Origin: an uncultured Lichenihabitans sp.
Lineage (GTDB): Bacteria > Pseudomonadota > Alphaproteobacteria > Rhizobiales > Beijerinckiaceae
Reading direction: 5' to 3'
Length of the DNA stretch: 64,000 nt
Assembly (NCBI GenBank): GCA_964243405.1
Contig: CAXTFJ010000005.1
Coordinates: 9,882-73,881 of the forward strand
A program made the translations under genes and the position numbers. Each line of letters begins with the position of its first letter. The stretch's first letter is position 1. The notes below the pieces were generated by a model. The model was not told where the DNA came from. It saw only the letters and a program-made list of their open reading frames with translations, and did not search any database. Shown here one piece after another: positions 38,014-47,447 of the stretch.

Positions 38014-38742
38014 ATGCACTTGGTCGATCAGACTCTGGTCGTGGTGGGCGGAACGTCCGGCATCGGCCTGGCGACCGCTCATGCCGCCGCCGAGGCCGGC
38101 GCGCGCGTCGTGGTCGTGGGGCGAACCCGCGACAAGCTCGATCGCGCGGTCGCGGCGCTCGGCGGCAGGGCGCGTGGCGAACTGGTCGACGCGTCCGACC
38201 GCGACGCACTCGATGGCTTGTTCGCGCGCACGAAGCGGCTTGACCACCTGGTGATCGCCGCCTCCGGCGGCGTGGGCGCGGGCCCGTTCGGCACGCTGAC
38301 CCGCGACGCTCTCGCGAGGGGCTTCGAGGGCAAGTTCTGGGTGCAGTGGCAGTGCGCGCAGGCGGCCCTGCCTTACCTGTCGGAACGGGGCTCCATCACC
38401 TTCGTCACCGCCAATTCGGCGCGCACGGGCAATCCCGGCACCTCGGGCCTGGCCGCCATCAACGGGGCGCTGGGCGCGATGGTCCTGCCGCTCGCGCACG
38501 AGCTCGGCCCTGTGCGCGTCAACGCCGTGTCTCCGGGGGTGATCGACACGCCCTGGTGGGACAGGCAGCCCGCGGAGTTGAAGCAGCATGTCTTCGCGCG
38601 GGTGGCCGCAACCGCACCCGCGCGGCGCATCGGCCGCCCGGACGATGTCGCGGACGCCGTCGTCTTCCTGGCTGGGAACGGCTACGTGACCGGGGTGATC
38701 CTCGATGTCGATGGCGGCATACGGGGTGTCGCTCTTCAGTAG
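38014..38742 (+). CDS. SDR oxidoreductase (atypical; NGAL in place of YxxxK)
   Basis: GGTSGIG and VRVNAVSPGVIDTPWW. Confidence 0.88.
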   Translation: MHLVDQTLVVVGGTSGIGLATAHAAAEAGARVVVVGRTRDKLDRAVAALGGRARGELVDASDRDALDGLFARTKRLDHLVIAASGGVGAGPFGTLTRDALARGFEGKFWVQWQCAQAALPYLSERGSITFVTANSARTGNPGTSGLAAINGALGAMVLPLAHELGPVRVNAVSPGVIDTPWWDRQPAELKQHVFARVAATAPARRIGRPDDVADAVVFLAGNGYVTGVILDVDGGIRGVALQ

Positions 38743-38835
38743 GATGGACGTGACGTCGCGCGCTGACCGGTCGTGGACGACGGGGCCGGGGTGAGGGTTG
38801 TCAAGCCGCGCCGAATGAGCTGTTCGGTCCCGCAG

Positions 38836-39020
38836 TGTAATGGTGCATGCTCATTCCCGACTCGTCAGGAGGAGGATGCCCTATGGCACGCGTGCTCCAC
38901 GGCAGCGCCCGAACGTCGATCTCGCGAACGAGAGTGGCTACGACGCGGTCCGGCGCGACGCCCGGGGCCGGCGGCGCGGGTTTCCTTGGGCATCAAGGCC
39001 CGAAACCCGCCAAGCATGGA
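38836..39020 (+). mobile_element. IS481-family left-end remnant
   Basis: 5'-TGT end, then AGGAGGATGCCCTATG and MARVLHGSART (IS481-type N-terminus), decaying afterwards. Confidence 0.6.
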
Positions 39021-39053
39021 TGACCTTTTCAGCGCAGCAGGAAAGGCGCGACC

Positions 39054-40709
39054 TCAATCATCCGAGCGCAGGCGGTCGGGCAGAAGCTCGCTCGCCTGCT
39101 CCAGGACCGGGTAGGCGGCGGCCGCGACGAGGTGGGAGTTCACGGATTTGAGGTCGCGCAGCAGGTCAAGCGGAAGCGCGCTCGTTTCCGCGGGGTCGAG
39201 ATGCTCCCGCCGCAGCCGCATGAGATGCGCCACCGTGGCCCGGTTCTCGATATCGCGGAACACCCGCTTCTCGTTGGCCAGCATGCGGGCGGCACGCAGG
39301 TCCCCGGTCACGAACAGGCTCCCGGCCCGGCGCAGGTTGGCGAGCAGGCGATCGGTCAGGTCCAGCAGGTCCGCCTTGCCGTCCTCCGAGAAGGCGAGAC
39401 CGCGCTTCAGCTTCTTCGCCACGAGGTTCAGGAGGTTGCGATCGACGATGTCACCAGCCTGCTCGATGTTGGTGGAGAAGATCAGGACCTCGGTCGCGCG
39501 CCGGTGGTCCGCCTCGCTCATGGCTTCCTCGTCGATCGAGACCAAATAGGTCTTGATCGCGACGTTCAGCTTGTCGAGGATGTTGTCGATCCGCTTGCTC
39601 TCGCTGATCAATCGCCGGTCGGGTCGCTCCAGGACGTCGCGAAAGCCCTGGAGCTGGCTTTCCAGCACGTCGCTCATCCGCAGCGCTTCGCGGACCGCGC
39701 CCCCGATCGCCACCACGGGCGTGTCGCGGGCGTTGGGATCCAGATAGAGGGGCCGCGCCGGATCGTTCTCAGCCACGCGCGACGGCAGCCAGCGCCGCAG
39801 CACCGCCGCGTAGGGCCCTAGGACGGGGAACCAGGCGAGGGCCAGCGCGACATTGAACAGGGTGTGAAAATCGGCGACCGCGCGGGCGTTGTTGGGCTCG
39901 ATCATCGCCATCCAGCGCCCGAGCCAAGGAAGGGTCGCAAGCGCGAGAGCCACGCCGGTCAGGCGATTGAAGAGGTTGCCCAGTGGCAGCCGACGCGCGG
40001 CCGGGTCGATCCCCGTCGCACCCTCCAGCACCGGATTGACGGCGGTGCCCAGATTGGCACCCAGCACCAGCGCGAAGGCCGCGTCCGGCGGCACGGTCCC
40101 CTGGGCCGCGAACGACATGACCAGGAGGACGACCGCCACGCTGGAGTGGGCCGCCCAGGTCAACCCCGCGGCGAGCAGCACGTCGAGGACGGGCTGGGTC
40201 GAGATCGCGCCCAGGAGCACGCGCAGGTTCGGCTCATCTTCGTAGGGTTCGAGCAGGGCCAAGAACTGGTGCAAGGCCATCAGCAGCAGGCCCAGCCCGA
40301 TCAAGACGCGGCCGAAGTCCTTCTTGCCCGCCGTCAGCTTCCGGAACATCACGAAGCCGACCAGGACCAGAGCCGGCGCCACTTCCGCGACGTCGAAGGA
40401 CAGGAGTTGGACGATCAGCGTGGAGCCGACGTTGGCGCCGAGCATCACGGCCAGCGCGGGGACGAGGTCGACGAAGCCGCCCGCCGTAAAGCCCGTGATC
40501 ATGAGACCCGTTGCGGTGCTGCTTTGCAGGATGGCGGTGACGCCCAGGCCCGCACCGAACGCCGTCGCCCGGTTGCGAAGCGCCTTCGTCAGAACCGCGC
40601 GCAGTTTGGCGCCGAACGCGCGCTGGATGCCGGTCTGGACCATGTGGATACCCCAGAGCAGCAGCGCGACCGAGCCGGCCAGGTCCACGGCGGTCAGGGG
40701 AAGGTTCAA
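39054..40709 (-). CDS. Na/Pi cotransporter family protein with C-terminal PhoU-like domain
   Basis: LQSSTAT, LGANVG, HSSVA and LGANLGT repeats; IEQAGDI PhoU-like tail. Confidence 0.92.
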   Translation of the reverse strand: MNLPLTAVDLAGSVALLLWGIHMVQTGIQRAFGAKLRAVLTKALRNRATAFGAGLGVTAILQSSTATGLMITGFTAGGFVDLVPALAVMLGANVGSTLIVQLLSFDVAEVAPALVLVGFVMFRKLTAGKKDFGRVLIGLGLLLMALHQFLALLEPYEDEPNLRVLLGAISTQPVLDVLLAAGLTWAAHSSVAVVLLVMSFAAQGTVPPDAAFALVLGANLGTAVNPVLEGATGIDPAARRLPLGNLFNRLTGVALALATLPWLGRWMAMIEPNNARAVADFHTLFNVALALAWFPVLGPYAAVLRRWLPSRVAENDPARPLYLDPNARDTPVVAIGGAVREALRMSDVLESQLQGFRDVLERPDRRLISESKRIDNILDKLNVAIKTYLVSIDEEAMSEADHRRATEVLIFSTNIEQAGDIVDRNLLNLVAKKLKRGLAFSEDGKADLLDLTDRLLANLRRAGSLFVTGDLRAARMLANEKRVFRDIENRATVAHLMRLRREHLDPAETSALPLDLLRDLKSVNSHLVAAAAYPVLEQASELLPDRLRSDD

Positions 40710-41171
40710 CGTCTTGCGGCTCCAGGGTTGGGATCAACGGCGACATGCGCCGTGAATGAGGGGAACGCCTCCAAGCTCGAGGCGTTCGACCCTTCTGACC
40801 CAAACGCGAGCGGAACAGAAGCCTCCCGTATGAGGGAGGGACGCGTGGACACTCGGGTCAGCGAGCCTCGACCAAGGGTCTGACACCCTCGTGATTACGG
40901 ACCGCAGGCAAAGGACTTGTGCGCGCTATCGAAGGGCGCTTCGGACGAGAGCACGGGGCGAGGAGTGGAGCTTTCGACGACGCCGGCTTCCGTGCGACAT
41001 GCAATGAAGTCCCTCAATGAGCGTTGACGACGCTTGTGGACTAGGGTGCCGGTTGCGCACTGATCCCACGCTACGCACCAAGAGCTGCCATTGGCATGCT
41101 GCCAAGTCCACTCATGCGCAGGTGATGCTTCAGGCAGCTTGCCGAGGGGGGAGATCGCCGCAAGCGACGGT

Positions 41172-41931
41172 TCACTTGCCGCCCGTGACGTCGAGGAACG
41201 TGCCGGTGACGAAGGATGCCTCGGCGCCGGCCAGCCAGAGGATCGCCCGTGCCACCTCCTCTGGCTGGCCGCCCCGCCCCATCGGGATCGAGTCCTTGAC
41301 GCGGTCCACCCGTCCCGGCTCTCCACCGCTCGCGTGCATCTCGGTGTAGATGTGGCCGGGGCGGATGCAGTTGACCCGTATGCCGTCCCGCGCGACTTCC
41401 TTGGCGAAGCCGGTCGTGAAGGTCTCGACCGCGCCTTTCGACGCCGCGTAGTCGACGTACTCGTTCGGGCTGCCGAGCCGGGCCGAGGCCGACGAGATGT
41501 TGACCACGGCGCCGCCGCGACCACCGAACCGCGTGGACATCCGCTTCACGGCCTGCTGGGCACAGCATCGGGCCCATGGCATTGACCGCGAACATGCGCC
41601 GCATCCGCTCGAAGCCGAGATCTTCGAGCCGGGACTGCTGCGCCAGGATTGCGGCGTTGTTCACCAGCACATCGATCCGGCCGAACGTCCGATCGATCGC
41701 GGCGAAGAGGTCGGCCACCTGCGCCGGATCGGCGCTGTCGGCGCGCACCGCCAGGGACCGCCGCCCGGCCGCTTCCACATCGGACGCCACGGCGCGCGCG
41801 GCGGCTTCGTTGGACGCGAAGCTGATCGCGACGTCGTAGCCTCGCGTCGCGGCGAGCCGCGCGGTCGCGGCGCCGACGCCACGACTGCCGCCCGTGATCA
41901 GGATGACCGGCACCTGCGAAGTGAGCTCCAT
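41172..41931 (-). pseudogene. SDR (YgfF-like) split by a 2-bp deletion near 41560
   Basis: TGGSRGVG/NNAA lie in one frame and NISS, YAASKG, VNCIRPG in another. Confidence 0.82.
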
Positions 41932-42265
41932 ATCGCGAACCTTCATGCTGCTGTGAGGAAAGATCGGGGCGAGGGTCCTCGGCAGACCGGCGCAGATGCG
42001 GCCGACGCGTCAGCACCGCATCCGTCAGGATGCGCGTGCGCGGGGCACGCGGCCGGTAAGCTTCGTGATCGGGTTGCCTTTGAAGGGCTTAGGTCGCCGG
42101 CTGCGGCGTGAAGGGCGGTCGAGGTCGCCATACCGCGATGATAAGCAGGGTGGACGTTTCGACCAGCCCGTCATTGCTCACGCTACGCGTCAGCTTTCCT
42201 CACGCGACCCACCGATCGCCCATCGGCGCTCGATGCGCCGTGCGTCTTCGAGATCGCCGCTCGAA

Positions 42266-42370
42266 GTGAGGCCGGCGGCAACGTCGATATTCAGGAGCGG
42301 GAGAGGTCCGATGCCGAGCCCGTCCTGGACAGCCTGTCGCGTGACGAAGAAGTGGTCGAACACGCGACGG
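42266..42370 (-). pseudogene. LysR (GcvA-like) substrate-binding-domain fragment
   Basis: Manual translation VFDHFFVTRQAVQDGLGIGPLPLLNIDVAAG. Confidence 0.55.
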
Positions 42371-42383
42371 GGCCGTCCCGCGA

Positions 42384-42580
42384 GATGAAGGCGAGAAGGG
42401 GTTCGCAGGCGGCCTTTGCCACGATGATCTCAACCGGATCTATACGACCAACGCCGAACATGACTCGATCTTCCGACGCTACATGGACAGTAGCTTCGAG
42501 ATTTTGTTGCGTGATCCTCGCCTCGTTTGGCCGGATAGCGTCTTTTCCACGCGCACGCATCTTTATGCGACGCTCGCAGT
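42384..42580 (+). pseudogene. Major royal jelly protein/yellow-family C-terminal fragment
   Basis: Manual translation EKGFAGGLCHDDLNRIYTTNAEHDSIFRRYMDSSFEILLRDPRLVWPD..HLYAT. Confidence 0.6.
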
Positions 42581-42602
42581 CTCACGTTGGACGAAGATCA
42601 GT

Positions 42603-43757
42603 TCAGTTTTTGGTTGTTTCTCCTATGTCGAGGGCAACCGGAAGCTGGATAGCTGTTTTTTCGAAAACTCCCGTGTCCAGTCTGGAAAGAATAGCGGTTG
42701 CGCTGCAATGTCCGATCTCATCGGCGTTCGACTTGACGGTGGTCAGCAGTGGGCTGACATAGTTCCGGAACGTGAAGTCATTGTAACCCGTGACTTGAAC
42801 CACGTCAGGAACGCGGATATTGCGCCGATCTAAAACCCGAAGCGCCGCGATCGCAATCTGGTCGTTGGCCCCCATGATGACGTCCGGTAGAGGAACGCCA
42901 TCCAGCGCCTGATTGATCGCCTTGGCGGTCGCCGCAAAGTCCCTTTCGTCACAGGTGACCTTGGAAAAGGTGCACGCCTCGGCGAGAACGGACCTGATGC
43001 CTCGCTCGCGTCGCTCGATCGCCGGCCAATTGCGGGAGGGCGCGACGAACAGGATGCGCTTCGCGCCCTGCCCGATAACGTGTCTAGCCAACATCTGCGC
43101 GCCGCCGACGTCGTCCTGGTAGATCGCGCAAGCATCGTCCAGGTGATACGACGGCTCGTCCTGCACCACGATGACGGGGAGGTGCAGCTCACTCAACAGC
43201 TGGTATGACGCATCCCTCGTGGTCTTGGGTCCGGACGTGATGATGACGAAGGCATCGACGCCGATCGGCCGGTGCAGGAACCTGCTGAAGTCCTCCATCG
43301 AGCTGCAGCCTCTGACGGTCAGGCCGTAACCCGGCTCGATCAGCGCGTTGCTGAGGCCTGTCGCGACCTCCGTCGTGAAGGGGTCCGACAGGAAGTTGGG
43401 ATTGGGATCGACGATCACGAGACCGATGGCGAACTCCCGGTTGAGCTTGAGGCTGAGCCCGCGTCTCTGAGGCTGGTACCGCAGCGTCTTGATCGCGGAC
43501 TCGATCATGCTCCGTGTCTTCGCCCCGACCTCGCCCGTTCGCCCATTGACGACGTAGGAAACCGCCGCAGCCGACACGCCGGCCAGCTTCGCGACGTCCT
43601 GCAAGGACGAGCGGTGCACGGTCCGTTTCGGCTTGATCGTCTCGGGCGCGCCGCCGTTGATGGCCGAAGCATGGTCCCGGTCGATCACGGACGCCTCCGG
43701 AGCGCCTCGCTGGGTCGCCGCTGCGGTTTCTTTGAGCTTTCGCGCGCCCAATACCAT
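42603..43757 (-). CDS. LacI-family regulator
   Basis: SLQDVAKLAGVSAAAVSYVVNG, LRYQP, NDQIA, VTGYND and LTTV; start uncertain (possible GTG near 43619). Confidence 0.92.
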   Translation of the reverse strand: MVLGARKLKETAAATQRGAPEASVIDRDHASAINGGAPETIKPKRTVHRSSLQDVAKLAGVSAAAVSYVVNGRTGEVGAKTRSMIESAIKTLRYQPQRRGLSLKLNREFAIGLVIVDPNPNFLSDPFTTEVATGLSNALIEPGYGLTVRGCSSMEDFSRFLHRPIGVDAFVIITSGPKTTRDASYQLLSELHLPVIVVQDEPSYHLDDACAIYQDDVGGAQMLARHVIGQGAKRILFVAPSRNWPAIERRERGIRSVLAEACTFSKVTCDERDFAATAKAINQALDGVPLPDVIMGANDQIAIAALRVLDRRNIRVPDVVQVTGYNDFTFRNYVSPLLTTVKSNADEIGHCSATAILSRLDTGVFEKTAIQLPVALDIGETTKN

Positions 43758-44130
43758 CCCCTTCCGTGTGTTCCGGAGTCACGCCGCTTGCGTAGGACCT
43801 ATCCCGCCAGGAGGTCGGTTCGTTCCGGCGGTCCTTTTGTCCCGGCCGGACACGTCGAGGCCTCGGCGCGATGTAACGGCACCGCGCCTGCGACCTCTCT
43901 TGCCCGGTCCACAAAGCTCCTCGCCGGCCCTCAGCCGCCTATTCCCGGGATAGGTCCTAAGCGGGGAACACTCGATCGCGCAAGCCGGTCTCGGACGGCC
44001 CACGACTGCACCGCACGGCACGGTCGGCAACGACGCGAGCGCGCCTGAAGCGGTGATCACGACGATGCCGCGCCTCCCAAACCTGCTCGCAACCTGCACG
44101 TTGCGCAAGCGGGATGGGAGGACGAGGCGC

Positions 44131-44170
44131 TTGACGGGCCCGAGGGCGCCAGCCTACTTTAACGATTAAG
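44131..44170 (+). promoter_or_regulatory. Candidate promoter (TTGACG...TACTTT) with overlapping LacI-type operator CTTTAACGATTAAG
   Basis: -35-like TTGACG at 44131; the motif at 44157..44170 matches the reverse complement of 47394..47407 at 13/14. Confidence 0.55.
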
Positions 44171-44188
44171 TTTTGGAGAACGGCACTC

Positions 44189-44845
44189 ATGTTCGACTTC
44201 AAGCAGCTCAAGAGCGAACTCTATTCGGCCGTGCTGTCCGATGTCATGGATGAATTTGGGCTGATGAACCAAGCGATGCGTCCCTTTGTTCGCCCTGTCG
44301 ACGACGCGCTGATCATGATGGGCCGGGCCCGCACCGGGCTGTTCGCTGAAACTTACGCGGTCCGCGACGGGGAGAACCCTTACGAGATCGAGATCGCGCT
44401 GCTTGACGACCTCAAGCCCGGTGATGTCGCGGTTGTGGCCTGCAACGGCCCAACGACCCGGATCGCACCTTGGGGCGAGCTCCTCACCACCGCTTCCATG
44501 GCACGCGGCGCCGTGGGATGCGTGACGGACGGCTTGGTCAGAGACCTCCGCCACATCAAGCGTCTGGACTTCCCCGTCTTCCACGGCGGCATAGGCCCGC
44601 TGGACAGCCGCGGGCGCGCCCGCATGATAGAGATGGATACTCCGGTCGAGTGCGGCGGCGTGGCGGTCAGGTCCGGGGACATCGTCTTCGGCGACATCGA
44701 TGGTGTCGTGGTCATCCCCGAAGAAAAATCGGAGGAAATCATCGAGCGCGCGAGGAAGAAGGTCAAGAGCGAGAACCACACCCGCGACGAACTCAAGCAA
44801 GGTCGTCTTCTTCGAGAAGTGTACGAAAAGTACGGCGTTCTCTAG
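44189..44845 (+). CDS. RraA/HMG aldolase family protein
   Basis: LSDVMD, APWGELLT, DGLVRD and VFGDIDGVVVIP. Confidence 0.9.
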   Translation: MFDFKQLKSELYSAVLSDVMDEFGLMNQAMRPFVRPVDDALIMMGRARTGLFAETYAVRDGENPYEIEIALLDDLKPGDVAVVACNGPTTRIAPWGELLTTASMARGAVGCVTDGLVRDLRHIKRLDFPVFHGGIGPLDSRGRARMIEMDTPVECGGVAVRSGDIVFGDIDGVVVIPEEKSEEIIERARKKVKSENHTRDELKQGRLLREVYEKYGVL

Positions 44846-44848
44846 CGT

Positions 44849-45529
44849 ATGTTACTCGGGTTCGCGGGCGCGGCGATCGCGCTGGCCGCGCGGTCCCGCA
44901 ACAAGCTCCAGGCCCTGGCGGCGGAGCTCGGGGATCGCGCGTCGGTGGTGGTGGGCGACGTCGGCGACAGCGTCTCCTGCGAGGCGATCGTGCCGGCCGC
45001 GGTCCGCGCCATGGGCGGGCTCTACGTCGCGGTCTGTTCGGCCGGGATCATCGAGCCCTGCCCGCTCGCCGAGCTGACCCTCGACGCCTTCCGTCGGCAC
45101 GTCGATGTCAACCCGACCGGCAACTTCGTCGTGGCCCGGGCGGCCGCGCTCCACATGCGCGACCACGGGGGCGGCTCGCTCGTCAGCGTCGCGTCGGAAC
45201 TGTCGCACGTCGGCATGGCGCTCTACGTGCCCTACTGCGCCGCCAAGGCAGGTGTGCTGGGGCTCACCCGGGCGCTCGCGGCCGAGATGGCGCCGACCGC
45301 CAGGGTCAACGCGCTCAGCACCGGCCCGGTCGACACGCCGATGCTGCGGGCCGAGCTCGACTGGTTCGGCGGCACCCGGGAGGTGCTGGACGCCGCCATC
45401 GACCGCGTGCCGCTGAAGCGCTTCGCGACCGCCCGGGAAGTGGCCGAAGCCGTCTTCTTTCTCGCCGTCGACGCCCGCTACGCGACCGGCAGCACGCTCC
45501 GGCTGGACGATGGAACCACGATCATCTGA
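44849..45529 (+). pseudogene. SDR lacking its N-terminal Rossmann glycine motif (5'-truncated)
   Basis: YCAAK and RVNALSTG present; no TGxxxGIG and no RBS spacing after the upstream stop. Confidence 0.65.
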
Positions 45530-45538
45530 GGGGAAATC

Positions 45539-47314
45539 ATGACGGCTCCGGACGGCACCGTGTGGGATTACATCGTCGTCGGCGCGGGCTCGGCGGGGTG
45601 CGTGGTCGCCAACCGCCTGTCGGCGGACCCGGCCAGCAAGGTCCTGCTGTTGGAAGCGGGCGGCTCGGACAAGTCGATCTTCATCCAGATGCCGGCCGCC
45701 ACCTACGTCAACGGGATCGGCAATCCCAAATTCGACTGGATGTACCGGACCGAGCCCGATCCCAGCCTGGGCGGCCGCGGCGAGGTCTGGCCCCGCGGCC
45801 GGGTGATGGGCGGCTCCAGCTCCATCAACGGCATGCTCTACATCCGCGGCTTCCCGCAGGACTACGACACCTGGCGCCAGCTCGGCAACGTCGGCTGGGG
45901 CTGGGACGACGTCCTGCCCCTGTTCAAGCGCCAGGAGGACAACGCGCGCGGGGCTTCCAGCCACCACGGCGAGGGTGGCCCGCTCAAGGTGTCGGACCTG
46001 CGGGACCCGCACCCGCTCGCCCGCGTGTTCCTCGACGCCGCGGCGCGCTGCGGCTATCCCTACAACCCCGACCTCAACGGGCCGCAGATCGAGGGCTTCG
46101 GCTACGTCCAGGCCACCCAGGTCAAGGGCTGGCGCTGCAGCGCGGCGCGGGCCTTCGTCGACCCGGTGCGCGGGCGTCCCAACCTGACCGTCTCGCGGCG
46201 CAGCACGGCCCGGCGCATCCTGATCGAGAACGGGCGTGCGGTCGGGATCGAGGCGACCGTCGGCGGCGAGCGCCGGACCTTGCGGGCGGCCGGCGAGGTC
46301 GTGGTCTGCTGCGGCGCGATCGCGTCCCCGCAACTGCTGATGCTGTCGGGCATAGGCGACCCCGACGAGTTGGGCCGGCACGGGATCGCGGTGGCCGTAG
46401 CGCGGCCGCAGGTCGGGCGCAACCTCCAGGACCACCCCGGCCTGGGCATGACCTACGCGGTCGGCGTGCCGACCTTCAACAGCGATATGGCGCGCTGGAA
46501 GCAGGTCATCCACGGTGCCAACTGGCTGCTGCGCGGGCGCGGGCCCGGCAGCACGCCCGACGCCCACCTGATCGGCTTCATCCGGTCCGACCCGGCCCAG
46601 GACGTGCCCGACATCCAGGTCCACATGACGCCCGCGGGCTACCGGATGGCGGGAGAAGGCGAACTGGTCCTCAAGGAAGACTCGTTCACGCTCCTGGTCA
46701 GCGTCTGCCGTCCACTCAGCCGGGGGCGGATCCGCTTGAGGAGCGCGGATCCCGGCGCCGCGCCCGTCATCGAGAACCGGCTATTCGGCGAGCGCGGCGA
46801 CCTCCTCCGGCTCGCGCGCGGGGTCCGCGCCGCGCGCGACATCGTCCGGTGCGAGCCGCTGGCACGCGCCGTGCGCCACCCAATTGAACCGGATTGGGTC
46901 GACGTGTCCGACGAGGAGACCGTCTCCTACCTCGTCGCCCGCGCCAGCACGATCTACCACCCGGCCGGGACGTGCCGGATGGGGGTCGACGACCACGCCG
47001 TGGTCGGGCCCGACCTGCGAGTGCGCGGCGTCGCTGGCCTGCGCGTCGCCGACGCGTCGATCATGCCGCTTGTGACCTCGGGCAACCTCAACGCCCCCTG
47101 CATGATGATCGGCGAGAAGGCCGCGGACCTGGTCCTGAACCGGGACCGGCCACGGCACCAACCGTCGCCGAGCCGAGCCGAGCCGAGCCGTGCCGCTTCG
47201 CGCCGCGGGGAGCGAAGCCCATTCCGGCTGAGGCCGCCCGCGTCCTGCCTCCGCGGCGAGCAGACGGCCTCCCCGCCGGGCACCGGCCTGCCGGGTAAAA
47301 CGCTATCCCGCTGA
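45539..47314 (+). CDS. GMC oxidoreductase (choline dehydrogenase-like) with low-complexity C-terminal extension
   Basis: GAGSAG, GGSSSING, GRNLQDH, YHPAGTCRMG and GNLNAP. Confidence 0.92.
   Translation: MTAPDGTVWDYIVVGAGSAGCVVANRLSADPASKVLLLEAGGSDKSIFIQMPAATYVNGIGNPKFDWMYRTEPDPSLGGRGEVWPRGRVMGGSSSINGMLYIRGFPQDYDTWRQLGNVGWGWDDVLPLFKRQEDNARGASSHHGEGGPLKVSDLRDPHPLARVFLDAAARCGYPYNPDLNGPQIEGFGYVQATQVKGWRCSAARAFVDPVRGRPNLTVSRRSTARRILIENGRAVGIEATVGGERRTLRAAGEVVVCCGAIASPQLLMLSGIGDPDELGRHGIAVAVARPQVGRNLQDHPGLGMTYAVGVPTFNSDMARWKQVIHGANWLLRGRGPGSTPDAHLIGFIRSDPAQDVPDIQVHMTPAGYRMAGEGELVLKEDSFTLLVSVCRPLSRGRIRLRSADPGAAPVIENRLFGERGDLLRLARGVRAARDIVRCEPLARAVRHPIEPDWVDVSDEETVSYLVARASTIYHPAGTCRMGVDDHAVVGPDLRVRGVAGLRVADASIMPLVTSGNLNAPCMMIGEKAADLVLNRDRPRHQPSPSRAEPSRAASRRGERSPFRLRPPASCLRGEQTASPPGTGLPGKTLSR
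47168..47190 (+). repeat. Pentanucleotide tandem repeat (CCGAG)x4 plus CCG
   Basis: ccgagccgagccgagccgagccg read directly. Confidence 0.85.
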
Positions 47315-47368
47315 TTTCGCCGAGTAAAATTCTGGAAGCAAGAAAACTCGCGCGCTTGCTCATTGCGC

Positions 47369-47408
47369 TTGACGCGTTTGGGGAAACATCTAGCTTAAAC
47401 GTTAAAGC
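47369..47408 (+). promoter_or_regulatory. Candidate promoter (TTGACG...TAGCTT) with imperfect palindrome GCTTAAACGTTAAAGC
   Basis: AACGTT-centred palindrome typical of LacI operators, 40 bp upstream of the SBP start. Confidence 0.6.
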
Positions 47409-47447
47409 AACCCGACCGACGCGGTTGCCATGCTTGGAGGAGAGAAC

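Noticed and set aside
40720-40890. Named riboswitch (nhaA-I, DUF1646/Na+, TPP, SAM-II, glycine)
   Set aside because: I could not match the conserved nucleotides from memory; reported only as an unnamed structured candidate.
43779-44108. Possible SDR remnant upstream of lacI
   Set aside because: Only a vague GIVVITAS resemblance; insufficient support.
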